64,000 nucleotides of DNA from Acidobacteriota bacterium (GTDB lineage Bacteria > Acidobacteriota > UBA6911 > RPQK01 > JAJDTT01), in contig CBDCJH010000002.1 in the NCBI GenBank assembly GCA_965217775.1, positions 2,560,001-2,624,000 on the forward strand. Direction: 5' to 3'. Positions 12,001 through 17,560 of this stretch are shown in pieces; position 1 is the first letter of the stretch; each line of letters begins with the position of its first letter. A program made the translations under genes and the position numbers. A model generated the notes under the pieces. That model did not search any database, was not told where the DNA came from, and saw only the letters and a list, made by a program, of their open reading frames with translations.

Positions 12001-15000
12001 GTCCGCGAGGAGCTCATACCCCGAGCAACCGTTCACGCCGCAGCCGAAACGATCAAGCGCCGAGGGGAACGCCGCCGCGTACGCCGCCACGGTGCCGGCG
12101 TAGCCATTCCCGTCCAGGTCATGGCGCATGGCGTCGAGCTGCGCCAGATTGCTGATGCCGATGAGGCCGTCGCCGTCGGTGTCGTAGTCGTGGCCGACCG
12201 TCACTCTGAAACGCTGCGACGCACTCATATTGGACCCGCCGGCGTCGGTTGCCGTCACGGTGATGATCGTCCGGCCTGCGGCCACCGGCGTGATCGTCAC
12301 CATGGATCCCGAGCGGCTCAACGTGGCGACGGATGTCAGCGACGAGGTTGCGCCATACGTCAGCGTGTCGCTGTCTGGATCCTGGAAGGCCGCCGCGACG
12401 TCGACCTCGACCGCCATGGACCCCACTGTCAGCTGCTGATCTGCAATAATCCCCACCGATACCGGGGGCTGGTTCGCCCCGCCCGCGATCACCGACACTG
12501 GCGCACTGCGAGCCGCTTCGCCACCACCCACCACGGCAGCCACCCAGTAGGTATAGGGGTCGCCAATCGTCACGCCGGTGTCGGTGTGGGTGAGCCCGGT
12601 GAGATTCGTCCCGATGGCCTCAATGGTGGCGCCGTCGTCGCGATATAGGGTGTAGCTGACGTCCGGCGCCGGGCTCCAGGAACTTGTCGATATCGCGTTC
12701 CAGCTCAGGACCACTTGTGCCTGGTTGGCCGTCGTCGTCGCCCTCAGAGTCAAGCTGGTGCGGACCTGGTAGCCGACCTCCTGCCAGGTCGCTCGATTGT
12801 CATCATTCAGATCCAGCGACAGGACCGGATACTGCGTCGCCGTCCCGAAATCCCAGGGATCGTCGGGCTCCCCGTCGTCGAAAAACGGGTCGCCCAACTC
12901 CACGTTCCACGCCTCGTAGATGCCCGTGTAGTCCGTCGGGGTCTGCAACTCCGCGGTGGTCTTCCCGCCCACGCCCAGCCGCAGCCGCTCCGTACCGTCG
13001 ATCACGCCATCGTCGTTCGCATCGTCCTCGCCCACTCCGACGCGCACCCCGGAGGTCTCCAGATTCCAGTAGCTGGATTGGGGCTTGGCAAAGCGGCCAC
13101 TACCGACAAGCCCGCCGACTGCCGTCGTTCCGGAGACGGCACCCGTGGCATAGCTCGCCTGGACATGACTGCAGGAACTGCCGACCAGACCACCGACACC
13201 GCCGCCGGTGCTGGTCGTGGTTTCTGCGGGTCCGGATAAGGTCAAGGCCCCGACGAGATCACAAATGATGAACCCGGAATCCGAATCCGTGAGTCGAGCC
13301 CCACGGCCCGACACGTTCCCGGTGGCATAGCTGGCCTCAATGAACTGGGTCACATCGCTGACGGCGCCGACCAGTCCGCCGACCGCATCCATCCCTTCCA
13401 CGTTCCCGGTGGCATAGCTGGCGACGGTGGCGTTCAGAGTCTGGTGCCCCACCAACCCGCCGACCGCATCATTGCCGGACACATTGACGGCGGCGGAGCT
13501 GTACCACACCGTGCCCCAGGTCCGGCCCACCAGGCCGCCGACTTCATCCTGGCCGGACACCTGGCCGGTAGCGTGGTTGTCAATGACCGTCCCATAGACG
13601 CTGTTCCCCCGCAGGCTGCCCACCGCATGGCGCCCGGTCACGTCGGCGCCGGCCAGGGTGACGCCACTGATTCTGCTGCTGTCGCCCGTCCCGAACAGAC
13701 CGACCTCGTCCTCCGTGTCCCGGTCGATGAACAGGTTGGACACGGTGTGACGATTGCCCTTGAAGTCCGCAGTGAAGGGCGTGTCGGCTTCACCGATCGG
13801 CTCCCAGCCGTCGCCGCCGTTCCAGTAGTCGTCGTCCGAGTCGACATCTCCATCGTCGTCGGTGTCGAAGTCCAAGTCCTCCGTCAGCTCGTAGCCCGTG
13901 CAGCCGTCGTCGCTGGGACACCCCATTCCCAGAGCACCCATGGGGTAGGCGGTGTAATACGGCCTCCAGATCGCACCGTCTACTTGGCCATCGCCGTTCA
14001 GGTCGTACCGCAGGGCGTCCAACTGCGCCAGATTGGCGACGTCGATGAAACCGTTGTTATCGGCATCGTAGTCCCTGTTTCCCGCCGTGACCGTGACCGA
14101 GAACGAGTCGGTGACACTCATGCCGTCGGGGTCGATCGCGCGCAAACTCACCCTGACTCGGCCGGGCGAGCCCGCAGTGATCGTCACCTGTGCGTTGCTC
14201 CGCGTGATGCTCAGCCGGTCGGGGTCGCTCGATATCGCCTCGTAGGTCAGCGTGTCGTCGTCCGGATCGTCGAAGACGTCCTCCAGATCGATGTCCACTG
14301 CGGCGTCACCCGGGGCGAATGTCCGGTCGGATTCGGCGTTCTCCACGGTTGGCGCCCCATTGCGGTCCGCCTCGGCGACATCGACGGCATCCACGGCGCC
14401 AGGCGCCATCACGATGCCGGCTCCGGAATCACGATCGACGCCGGCAGCCTCGATGTCCAGGACCGCAGCCCCGGTCGTCATTTCCGTACGGAGCTGGGCG
14501 AAGGTGACTTGGTTGGGACCACCGGCCGCCTCCAGCATCAAAGCCGCGATGGCCGCCGCGTGCGGCGCCGCGGATGAAGTGCCGCAGAACGTCGAGAAGC
14601 CGGGCGTCGCCGTCGACACGCAGGTCGCAGCGGTGAGATCCGGCTTCTGCAGCAGTTCCCCGCCAGTCGAGGAAAAATTGCCGGCCGTGATCGCGGTGCC
14701 GTCCGGTTCGAAGAAGATCCGGCGCGGTCCGTCCGAATTGTTTGCCCGGACGGACTCGGTCCCGTTGAAAACACTGCCGGTCCCGGCAGCGGTCCCCACG
14801 TCGACCATCGCCACAACGACCGCGTTCTCTGCCGCTGCGTGGCCGTACAGGTTGCCGGCGGTCCGGATCTCCAACCCCCCGTCGAAGGCGTGCACCCGCA
14901 GGTACCGGTCCGATCCGGAGGCCTTGACGACGACCACACTGTGTCCGGAATAGTCAAAAAACGATTGTATGGACTCGATCGGATCTTGGGTTCCGTCCTG

Positions 15001-17238
15001 AGTGTCCGTCGAGCTGGCGATCACGTCGCCGTCTTCATTGACCAGGAACAAGTCGTAATCGTTCGCTGAAGCCCCCAGCGGGTCGGCCCACTGAAGGACA
15101 ATGGCGCTGACCCCGCCAAACCCGGAGCCGCTCACTTCGTTCGCTTCCACCCCGTCACCGAAGTCGTGCCGGACACCGAGCGTCTCACCGTCCACGACCA
15201 GCGTGCTTCCTGCGGCGTAGTCCCCCTCCCAGACCCCGGTCGTGCCATAGGTCAGATTGCCGTCGTTGCCGCCCGCCGAGAAGAAGAAACACCCGTCAGC
15301 GACCGCCGCATTGACTCCTTTCGATACGATGCCGTCCTGAAAAACGGGTTCCGTGAGGTATCCGATGTCGTCGACGATGACGTTCGCACCGGCCTCGCAG
15401 AGCGCCTCGATGTTCTCCGCCATCCGGGCCTCGCCTCCAAAGCCCGTCGCGAAATACAGCTCTGCTCCCGGCGCGAGGTCGTGGACGATCTCGAGCAGCG
15501 CCGTCCCTTCGTCTCCCCTGCCCCCCTGGCCCGGCAGCACCGTGACCCGGGCCGGCAGGTCGTCCGATGCCTGCCGGTCGGCGAGCGACCGGACACCGTT
15601 CGAGATCACGCCGATCCCGATTCCAGTGCCGTCGACGTTGTGAGTTCTGCGCGCCGAGTTCGCCCGATGAGCGACGTCACCCTGCGAGGTGTTGTCCTTT
15701 TTGGTTATCGGGGCATCCGCTGTCCGGGTCCGGGAGGCGGGCAATAGGGTCGCGGCTTGGCCGCGTGTCCTGGCCTCGTCGGCAGGCCGGATCGTGCGGA
15801 TCGCGTCCAATCCGGCGAGCATCTCGACCGCGCGCAGTGGAAGTTTTGCCCGGATGGCCTCGTACTTCGGCACGCTGTTGATGACCGTGCCGCCCAACTT
15901 CCGGATCCGGGCCAGGACGGCCGGCGTGACCTCGGCCCGGATGTCCACCATCATCCGGTCATCCGCGGTTTGCGGATCCGTCTCTTGGAGACGGCCGATC
16001 CCGGCCGCTGGCGGCTCCCGCCGCGTTTTTTCGCGGGCCTCCAGAAGCTCCGAACTCACCTTCCGCTGGGCGGGGGTCCGGCGGACCTTGGCCGACAGCA
16101 GCGACCGGATCTGCCGCACGGCCTTCGCCGGCAGTCGGCCGCCGGCCGGCTTCGTCTCCTCGCCGGTCCGGTTCGTCACCGCCTGCTCGGTGAACGCGAT
16201 GGTCTCGTTGCTCCCCGGGTCCCGGACCGTCTGCGCCGCCTCGCCGTCCACGAGAGCAGGCTGGACGCCGAGCACCCCCTGTCCAGCTTGGTCCGGCAGT
16301 CCCGCACGGTCCAGGTCTGCGGCGTTTTCCGAACCGTCCTCGATCGCTCCGTCGTCCACGGAAAGGCTGTCCGCGATCGTCGGGGCAACCCCAAGCCGTC
16401 CATCCTTGACTGCCGCGCGGAGTTCTTCCAGCGAGGTGTTGTGGGCGCCACCGGCCGCCTCCAGGGTCAGGGCCACCATCGCCGCCACCTGGGGAGGGGG
16501 CGCCGAGCTGACGCAGAAGGTCTCGAAATCCGGATTGGCCGCAGTCACGCAGGTCGTCCCGGTGAGGCCAGCGCTCAACCCTGCCGAATCTCCGGTGGTC
16601 GAGAGATCGTCCGGTAACGGCGGCAATCGGTCGGGAGCGGTTTCGCCTTCCCTGACCCTGGAATGGACTGGGTTGCCCCGAGCGGAGACGTAGACGCAAC
16701 CGTTGCGGACCGCCGCTCTGACCGCCTGGGCCATGAGGCCGCCCTGATAGACCGTCCCCTGATAGTCGAAAAGGTCGTCGACGATGACGTCCGCCCCCGC
16801 TCGGCAGAGCGCCTCGAGGTTGGCTGCGAACCGCGCCGGTCCGCCCAGTCCGGTCGCGAAGTAGAGGTCGCCGCCCGGAGCCAGGTCGCGGAGGATTGCG
16901 AGGGTCGCCGTTCCCTCGTCCCCTTCCCCCGCCTGGCCCGGCAACACCGTCACCCGATCCGACAGGTCGCCCGCCGCCTCACCGGTCATCAGCGTCGCCA
17001 CACCGCTTGAGAGCACGCCGATCCCGACGCCTGTGCCGTCGACACCGTGACTCCGGCGCACCGCTACGACTTGCCGGGCGGCCCACTTCCGGATTCCACC
17101 TCCAGCGGCGGCCGCCGGCTGCTCGGTTCGGATCGGCTCGATCAACAGGGAGATCGCCACCAGCGCCCCCAGCAATCCACGCCACCCACCACCGCGGGCC
17201 CACGATGCGATTCCTGTCAGGCGGATCTTCTTCATCAT
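1..17238 (-). CDS. Giant modular secreted/surface protein G1, 3'-partial, >=5746 aa: leader, degenerate S8 copy, prodomain, S8/S53-like protease, 3 GLUG-type modules with FN3/Ig linkers, 3 Calx-beta-like, spondin_N, cadherin, PQQ sugar dehydrogenase, Calx-beta-like, cadherin, 6.5 stalk units, Calx-beta-like, Pro34, FN3
   Basis: ATG at 17238 reads MMKKIRLTGIASWARGGGWRGLLGALVAISLLIEPI, homologous to the G3 and G4 starts. The same frame reads ...DLAYTVTGLTNGRT at base 1. Manual translation gives coherent domains throughout. It is missing from the ORF track because there is no stop in the window. Confidence 0.93.
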   Translation of the reverse strand, partial: MMKKIRLTGIASWARGGGWRGLLGALVAISLLIEPIRTEQPAAAAGGGIRKWAARQVVAVRRSHGVDGTGVGIGVLSSGVATLMTGEAAGDLSDRVTVLPGQAGEGDEGTATLAILRDLAPGGDLYFATGLGGPARFAANLEALCRAGADVIVDDLFDYQGTVYQGGLMAQAVRAAVRNGCVYVSARGNPVHSRVREGETAPDRLPPLPDDLSTTGDSAGLSAGLTGTTCVTAANPDFETFCVSSAPPPQVAAMVALTLEAAGGAHNTSLEELRAAVKDGRLGVAPTIADSLSVDDGAIEDGSENAADLDRAGLPDQAGQGVLGVQPALVDGEAAQTVRDPGSNETIAFTEQAVTNRTGEETKPAGGRLPAKAVRQIRSLLSAKVRRTPAQRKVSSELLEAREKTRREPPAAGIGRLQETDPQTADDRMMVDIRAEVTPAVLARIRKLGGTVINSVPKYEAIRAKLPLRAVEMLAGLDAIRTIRPADEARTRGQAATLLPASRTRTADAPITKKDNTSQGDVAHRANSARRTHNVDGTGIGIGVISNGVRSLADRQASDDLPARVTVLPGQGGRGDEGTALLEIVHDLAPGAELYFATGFGGEARMAENIEALCEAGANVIVDDIGYLTEPVFQDGIVSKGVNAAVADGCFFFSAGGNDGNLTYGTTGVWEGDYAAGSTLVVDGETLGVRHDFGDGVEANEVSGSGFGGVSAIVLQWADPLGASANDYDLFLVNEDGDVIASSTDTQDGTQDPIESIQSFFDYSGHSVVVVKASGSDRYLRVHAFDGGLEIRTAGNLYGHAAAENAVVVAMVDVGTAAGTGSVFNGTESVRANNSDGPRRIFFEPDGTAITAGNFSSTGGELLQKPDLTAATCVSTATPGFSTFCGTSSAAPHAAAIAALMLEAAGGPNQVTFAQLRTEMTTGAAVLDIEAAGVDRDSGAGIVMAPGAVDAVDVAEADRNGAPTVENAESDRTFAPGDAAVDIDLEDVFDDPDDDTLTYEAISSDPDRLSITRSNAQVTITAGSPGRVRVSLRAIDPDGMSVTDSFSVTVTAGNRDYDADNNGFIDVANLAQLDALRYDLNGDGQVDGAIWRPYYTAYPMGALGMGCPSDDGCTGYELTEDLDFDTDDDGDVDSDDDYWNGGDGWEPIGEADTPFTADFKGNRHTVSNLFIDRDTEDEVGLFGTGDSSRISGVTLAGADVTGRHAVGSLRGNSVYGTVIDNHATGQVSGQDEVGGLVGRTWGTVWYSSAAVNVSGNDAVGGLVGHQTLNATVASYATGNVEGMDAVGGLVGAVSDVTQFIEASYATGNVSGRGARLTDSDSGFIICDLVGALTLSGPAETTTSTGGGVGGLVGSSCSHVQASYATGAVSGTTAVGGLVGSGRFAKPQSSYWNLETSGVRVGVGEDDANDDGVIDGTERLRLGVGGKTTAELQTPTDYTGIYEAWNVELGDPFFDDGEPDDPWDFGTATQYPVLSLDLNDDNRATWQEVGYQVRTSLTLRATTTANQAQVVLSWNAISTSSWSPAPDVSYTLYRDDGATIEAIGTNLTGLTHTDTGVTIGDPYTYWVAAVVGGGEAARSAPVSVIAGGANQPPVSVGIIADQQLTVGSMAVEVDVAAAFQDPDSDTLTYGATSSLTSVATLSRSGSMVTITPVAAGRTIITVTATDAGGSNMSASQRFRVTVGHDYDTDGDGLIGISNLAQLDAMRHDLDGNGYAGTVAAYAAAFPSALDRFGCGVNGCSGYELLADLDFDTDGDGAVDSDDDYWNDGNGWVPIGWDSTYEYALFFNATFDGNGHTLSNLFTAGRAYSGLFGRIGLDGVVGNLTLSDVNVTGTEAAGALVGENQGLLIGIQSSGQVSGELHVGGLVGLNLKLVYLSRSSAAVTGKRPPRPPGTGLVLTFGPLAATGGLVGYNTGFVISSFATGPVTSDSSAGGLVGYHQSKLISGSYATGPVSGSPAGGLVGTIATPRAEATIRASYATGSVDGGTAGGLVGRVYDEGIITASYATGRVAGSRTGGLVGRNERGTVTNSYWDTRTSGQGSGSPGSGRTTAQLQSPRSYSGIYGSWNVDIDEDKINDNPWDFGTSSEYPALKADMNGDDDATWEEFGYQLRSGPTLTATPTTSAGQSQVELEWTEVPLSSAWSPAPGVSYAVTREDDEDLETIAENLTVLDYTDTDVAGETYIYQVVAVVDGGEPVRSATGSVTVAGNKRPVAVGRLRWRVLLVGDSAMTEVGGAFKDPEGDTITYAVSSSDTSVARVTLSGTRVTIIPVAEGRTLITVTATDDGSNRSRTQRFWVSVRPTTAVDYDTDDDGLIEIGNLAQLDAVRLDLTGDGFSYATAYFEAFTDGGGGSLACGGLLGCVGYELNADLDFDTDGSGEADAGDAYWNDGAGWLPIGDSSDSFSSFAAIFEGNGRTITNLFIDSSENDIGLFGATRSGAVSSAVIRNLELVSVQLTGTDNVGGLVGSNGGAVSGCFATGKVSGDDDVGGLVGANLDDGSVSASFSTVQVTGDDRVGGLAGSNSGNLTAAYATGRVVGDFEAGGLIGRNSGDVNVSYATGLVSGRSAIGGLIGWNASGGGVTDSYWDSDTSGRTTGFSGQAKTTAELQLPTAASGIYSAWNLDLDGDGMNDDPWVFGTSSQYPALSVDTNGVGGATWQEFGRQVRAGPNLMATPTVGQVTLTWSAISGGTYNLYRTAGTTVEILSENTSNRTYVDTDVTAGATYVYQVAAVVNGGEGSRSPRVSVEVPMPGVLPTVTLELSPASISENGGSAMVTAKLSHTSSETTTVTVSATANSPALMGDFALSANRTLTIAAGQANSTGMVTIRANNNNLHAPDKTVRVSGSASNSQGVTGPADVTLTIVDDDTPTVMLELSQTSISENRGSTTVTARLSNPSGETTTVSVSATAVAPAVSRDFTLTSNQTLMITAGQTTSTGTVTITANDNDVDTPDKTVRVMGMAGNSLGVMGPAEVTLTLTDDDPAPKVTLRLSRTSITENRGSTTVTARLDRASSETTTVAVSVTPVNPAVEGDFTLSTNQALTITAGRTGSTGTVAITANNNDVEGPDKTVRVSGDAANSQGVTDPSDLTLTIEDDDEALPNMWLNPAASDPTVSVASTATYSVTFRGTWTSSVSSGGVPSGAHFTTLIGGVHDAGVTFLREGGMASQGVESMAELGGTRILANEVRAAEPNALAVLQGSDGNILPTSSSTIGTVSLTTEHPRVTLLTMVAPSPDWFVGVSGLSLLDAQGRWVRSRALNLYPWDAGTEEGTEFSLSNADTSPRGTITSLRGRVKFSNAPIATLTFTRQSVNTAPSFTSNASFTVDENRTEVATLVAVDRDSGDGVTYTVSGGADASWFEIGETTGELTFATPPNYERAADLASMDPPNGAGNNEYVVTVTATGGRDDRALTAEQTVTVAVRNLEEDGTVSFSKPGAGIEAKLSDPDGGVSGASWQWARSSDRSRGWVNIDGATSDSYRPTGADEEMYLRATVSYSDRQGSGKRARGVSSYEITPPKLLVSTLVSGLSIPWDLAFTPDGTMLFTQRRGVLSSRLVDGTVQTVNADFGDLFSTGENGLMGIAVDPDFTSNRRFYTCQGHTGLEIQVIAWTIDAAYTTATRTDDPLVGGMPAGSSRHGGCRLRFGPDGYLWIATGDAVTGTVPQDLNSLGGKVLRVDPSTGAGAPVNPFAPSRVYTYGHRNVQGLALRPGTSQMWSVEHGPSVDDEINLLAAGRNYGWDPVPGYDESVSMTDLVKFPGAVEAKWSSGFPTLATSGGIFLEGDQWGVWEGRLAVATLKDTKLRLFEFTSDGSYVSQVVVPELEDAFGRLRTPMLGPDGALYVTTSNGRGTDRILKIVKDEAVLVTLNLTPDSITENGGVSTVTASLERASNAVTTVTVSAVTVAPAVAGDFRLSANRTLTIKAGETSSTGEVTVGAVDNKVDAPNKMVTVSATAENINGLTPPSALTLTIVDDDAAPVITTTSPILVPENQTAVVRLTAADADGPVEDLEWKIAGGADRNRFTVTADGELAFKTAKDYERPDDANRDRDYEVRVQVTDGFNPVEADFIVRLQDVDDTAPVFSSAVVNGATLTLAYSEELDRFSVPPAGAFTVTGGNRTRTVTGVRVSGSAVELTLDPPAEHGETSLRVSYTVPTGTGESPIRDTAGNDADRLSNQSVANNTGDTTGPVVETVRITSNADSDGTYAVGDLIGVTVTFDETVVVTGTPRLTLNLGGGSRTAGYQSVTGAAVKFEYEVARGDRDRDGVSIDADSLSRGGGRIRDGAGNDAQLDHAAVAADSRHQVDGVPPMLATTDGAVANGTTLTLAYSEPLNSSSRPAASAFTVTGGNETRTVTRVQVSGSEVLLRLNPAVTDGESGLRLSYQPGGNPIEDTVGNAADGLNNQPVTNNTGDTTGPTVETVRITSNAGSDATYAAGETIEVTVTFSETVVVTGTPRLMLNLGGRSRTANYQDVTGAAVRFEYQVVSGDSAAYGVSIDANRLSGGTIRDGARNNAVRNHAPVAADSRHQVDGVKPTLATTDGAVASGMTLTLAYGEPLDSSSVPVTDDFTVTGGSETRTVSGVRVSGSAVFLTLSSAVTDGERGLRVSYEPGSDPIQDTVGNDADRLSSKSVTNRTGDTTGPAVSTVRITSSAGSDRTYGVDETIEVTVTFDETVVVTGTPQLTLNLGGRSRTANFRSVMSQAVKFAYRVVPGDNDRDGVSIEANRLSRGTGTIRDGAQNDAVLEHAAVVADSRHQVDGVKPTLATSDGAVVNGTMLTLAYSEPLNSSSRPAASAFTVTGGSEARTVTRVQVSGSAVLLTLSPTVQDTESGLRLSYQPGGNPIEDPVGNAADELNDQPVTNHTGDTTGPTVETVRITSNAGSDRTYAAGETIEVTVTFSETVVVTGTPRLTLNLGGRSRTANYQDLTGAAVRFEYQAVSGDSAAYGVSIDANRLSGGTIRDGARNNAVLSHAPVAADSRHQVDGVKPTLATTDGAVVNGTTLTLAYGEPLDSSSVPATDDFTVTGGSETRTVTGVRVSGNAVFLTLSSAVADGESRLRVNYEPRSNPIQDTAGNDADQLSNKIVTNETGDTKGPTVSNVAITSIAGPDRTYGVDETIEVTVTFEETVVITGTPEVTLDVGGRSRTAEYRSVSNRAVKFAYRVVTGDNDEDGVSLEANRLSRAGGTIQDGAGNNAVLDHEAVAASSSHKVDAVAPLLALTDPAVVNGATLTLTYNEPLNTSSRPATSDFTVEGGNETRTVTRFRVSGSEVRLTVNPAAEHGETGIRVTYEPRSNPIQDRVGNDAEAFRDQFVDNRTPDTTAPSIEGIEISSDPGTDATYAVDDMISVTVRYDEPVTVDTVRGTPTLDLLVGTRRKRASASLGSDRPAVVFVYTVEKGDEDEDGVSVPRGSIALNGGKILDLADNPAARSYEAVEAQAGHKVDASVPGLEGVTVHGLRVALTYDEALDEGSTPSRFDFAVTVAGDDRTVVQVRVSGNSVILRLNSPVTAGETVMVSYTPGFNPIQDEVGNGVETLTNEPAEPPLVTIGAKEGSETVTEGETVEFTLTRGPPTEAPLTVNLEVTETRSMIETSGGYEPPEEVEFRTGQETATLEVLTDNDDVAESASRVTARLRPGAEYRLGPTSTQNARVTVQDNEVSAPPPPPPPPPPPPPPPPPPPPPPPPPPPPPPPPPPAATAPTAPLNLQAEAGDGEVTLTWDVPASDGRSALTGYQIRIDRAGEWTSIGSADLAYTVTGLTNGRT
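205..306 (-). repeat. Poly-proline tract of G1 (34 Pro)
   Basis: 34 consecutive NGG triplets on + (CCN on -), mixed codons. Confidence 0.97.
670..5040 (-). repeat. G1 stalk: 6.5 tandem ~680-bp units (Ig-like + SwmB-type domain)
   Basis: Recurring ITSxAGSDxTY...VTVTFxETVVVTGTP...NGTTLTLAYxEPL...FTVTGG...NPIxDxxGNxA; unit starts near 4720, 4040, 3365, 2685, 2010, 1325. Confidence 0.9.
5700..6710 (-). other. PQQ-dependent glucose/sorbosone dehydrogenase (GSDH) domain within G1
   Basis: GLSIPWDLAFTPDGTMLFT, GLMGIAVDPDF, HGGCRLRFGPDGYLWIATGD, YGHRNVQGLA, EHGPSVDDEINLL, NYGW, GRLR motifs. Confidence 0.88.
7340..7900 (-). other. Spondin_N (F-spondin/mindin) domain within G1
   Basis: ATYSVTFRGTW, AHFTTLIGGVH, ASQGVESMAELG, TMVAPSPDWFVGVSG, LYPWDAGTE motifs. 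Confidence 0.88.
9260..14075 (-). repeat. Three GLUG-type beta-helix modules in G1, each with an acidic DxDxDG-rich cap and followed by FN3/Ig-like domains
   Basis: DYDxDxxGxIxxxNLAQLDA...C..C.GYELxxDLDFDTDxxG...YWNxGxGWxPIG followed by YATGxVSGxxxVGGLVG repeats; module starts near 14075, 12190, 10330. Confidence 0.8.
14400..15690 (-). other. S8/S53-like serine protease domain within G1
   Basis: DGTGIGIGVISNG, DEGTALLEIVHDLAPGAELYF, VIVDDIGY, SAGGNDG, QKPDLTA, FCGTSSAAPHAAAIAALML. Confidence 0.88.
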
Positions 17239-17272
17239 CTTCCGGGGGTCGGGGACAGGTGAGGATCGCGGC

Positions 17273-17349
17273 GTAGGGGCACCCCTTGTGGGTGCCCGCT
17301 GTCGCCCCTACGAGCCCGGGGAGGGCGACCACACAAGGGTCGCCCCTAC
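17273..17349. repeat. GTAG-type REP cluster (inverted doublet plus partial copy) in G1 leader
   Basis: GTAGGGGCACCCCTTGTGGGTGCCC at 17273 (+) and GGGCGACCACACAAGGGTCGCCCCTAC at 17323-17349 (GTAG on -). Confidence 0.8.
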
Positions 17350-17389
17350 GGGTGTGCGAGCGTCCGCTGCTCCATCCTCTATCCGTCCA

Positions 17390-17499
17390 CGTGTCGATTT
17401 TAAGGAGCAACCCGGACAAATTTGGAGCTAATCCGTGAAATTAGGATGATATTTTGGTCTGTATAGTGGTTCTTCAGTGAAATGTTCCACCCGGACCGC
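17390..17499 (-). promoter_or_regulatory. Conserved promoter block, copy 1 (G1)
   Basis: -10 TAAAAT on - at 17397-17402; boxes GTGAAAT 17435, ATGATAT 17446, GTGGTTC 17466, GTGAAAT 17477. Confidence 0.75.
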
Positions 17500-17560
17500 C
17501 CTCAGCGGGGGCAACCGAGGGATTCAGGGAGGGAATCGTCTTCCGACGACTCTCGGCGGA

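Noticed and set aside
17500-17560. Intrinsic terminator after the giant genes
   Set aside because: A GAGTCGTC-GGAA-GACGATTC hairpin exists after G2, but pairing is not conserved after G3 and G4 and there is no U tract
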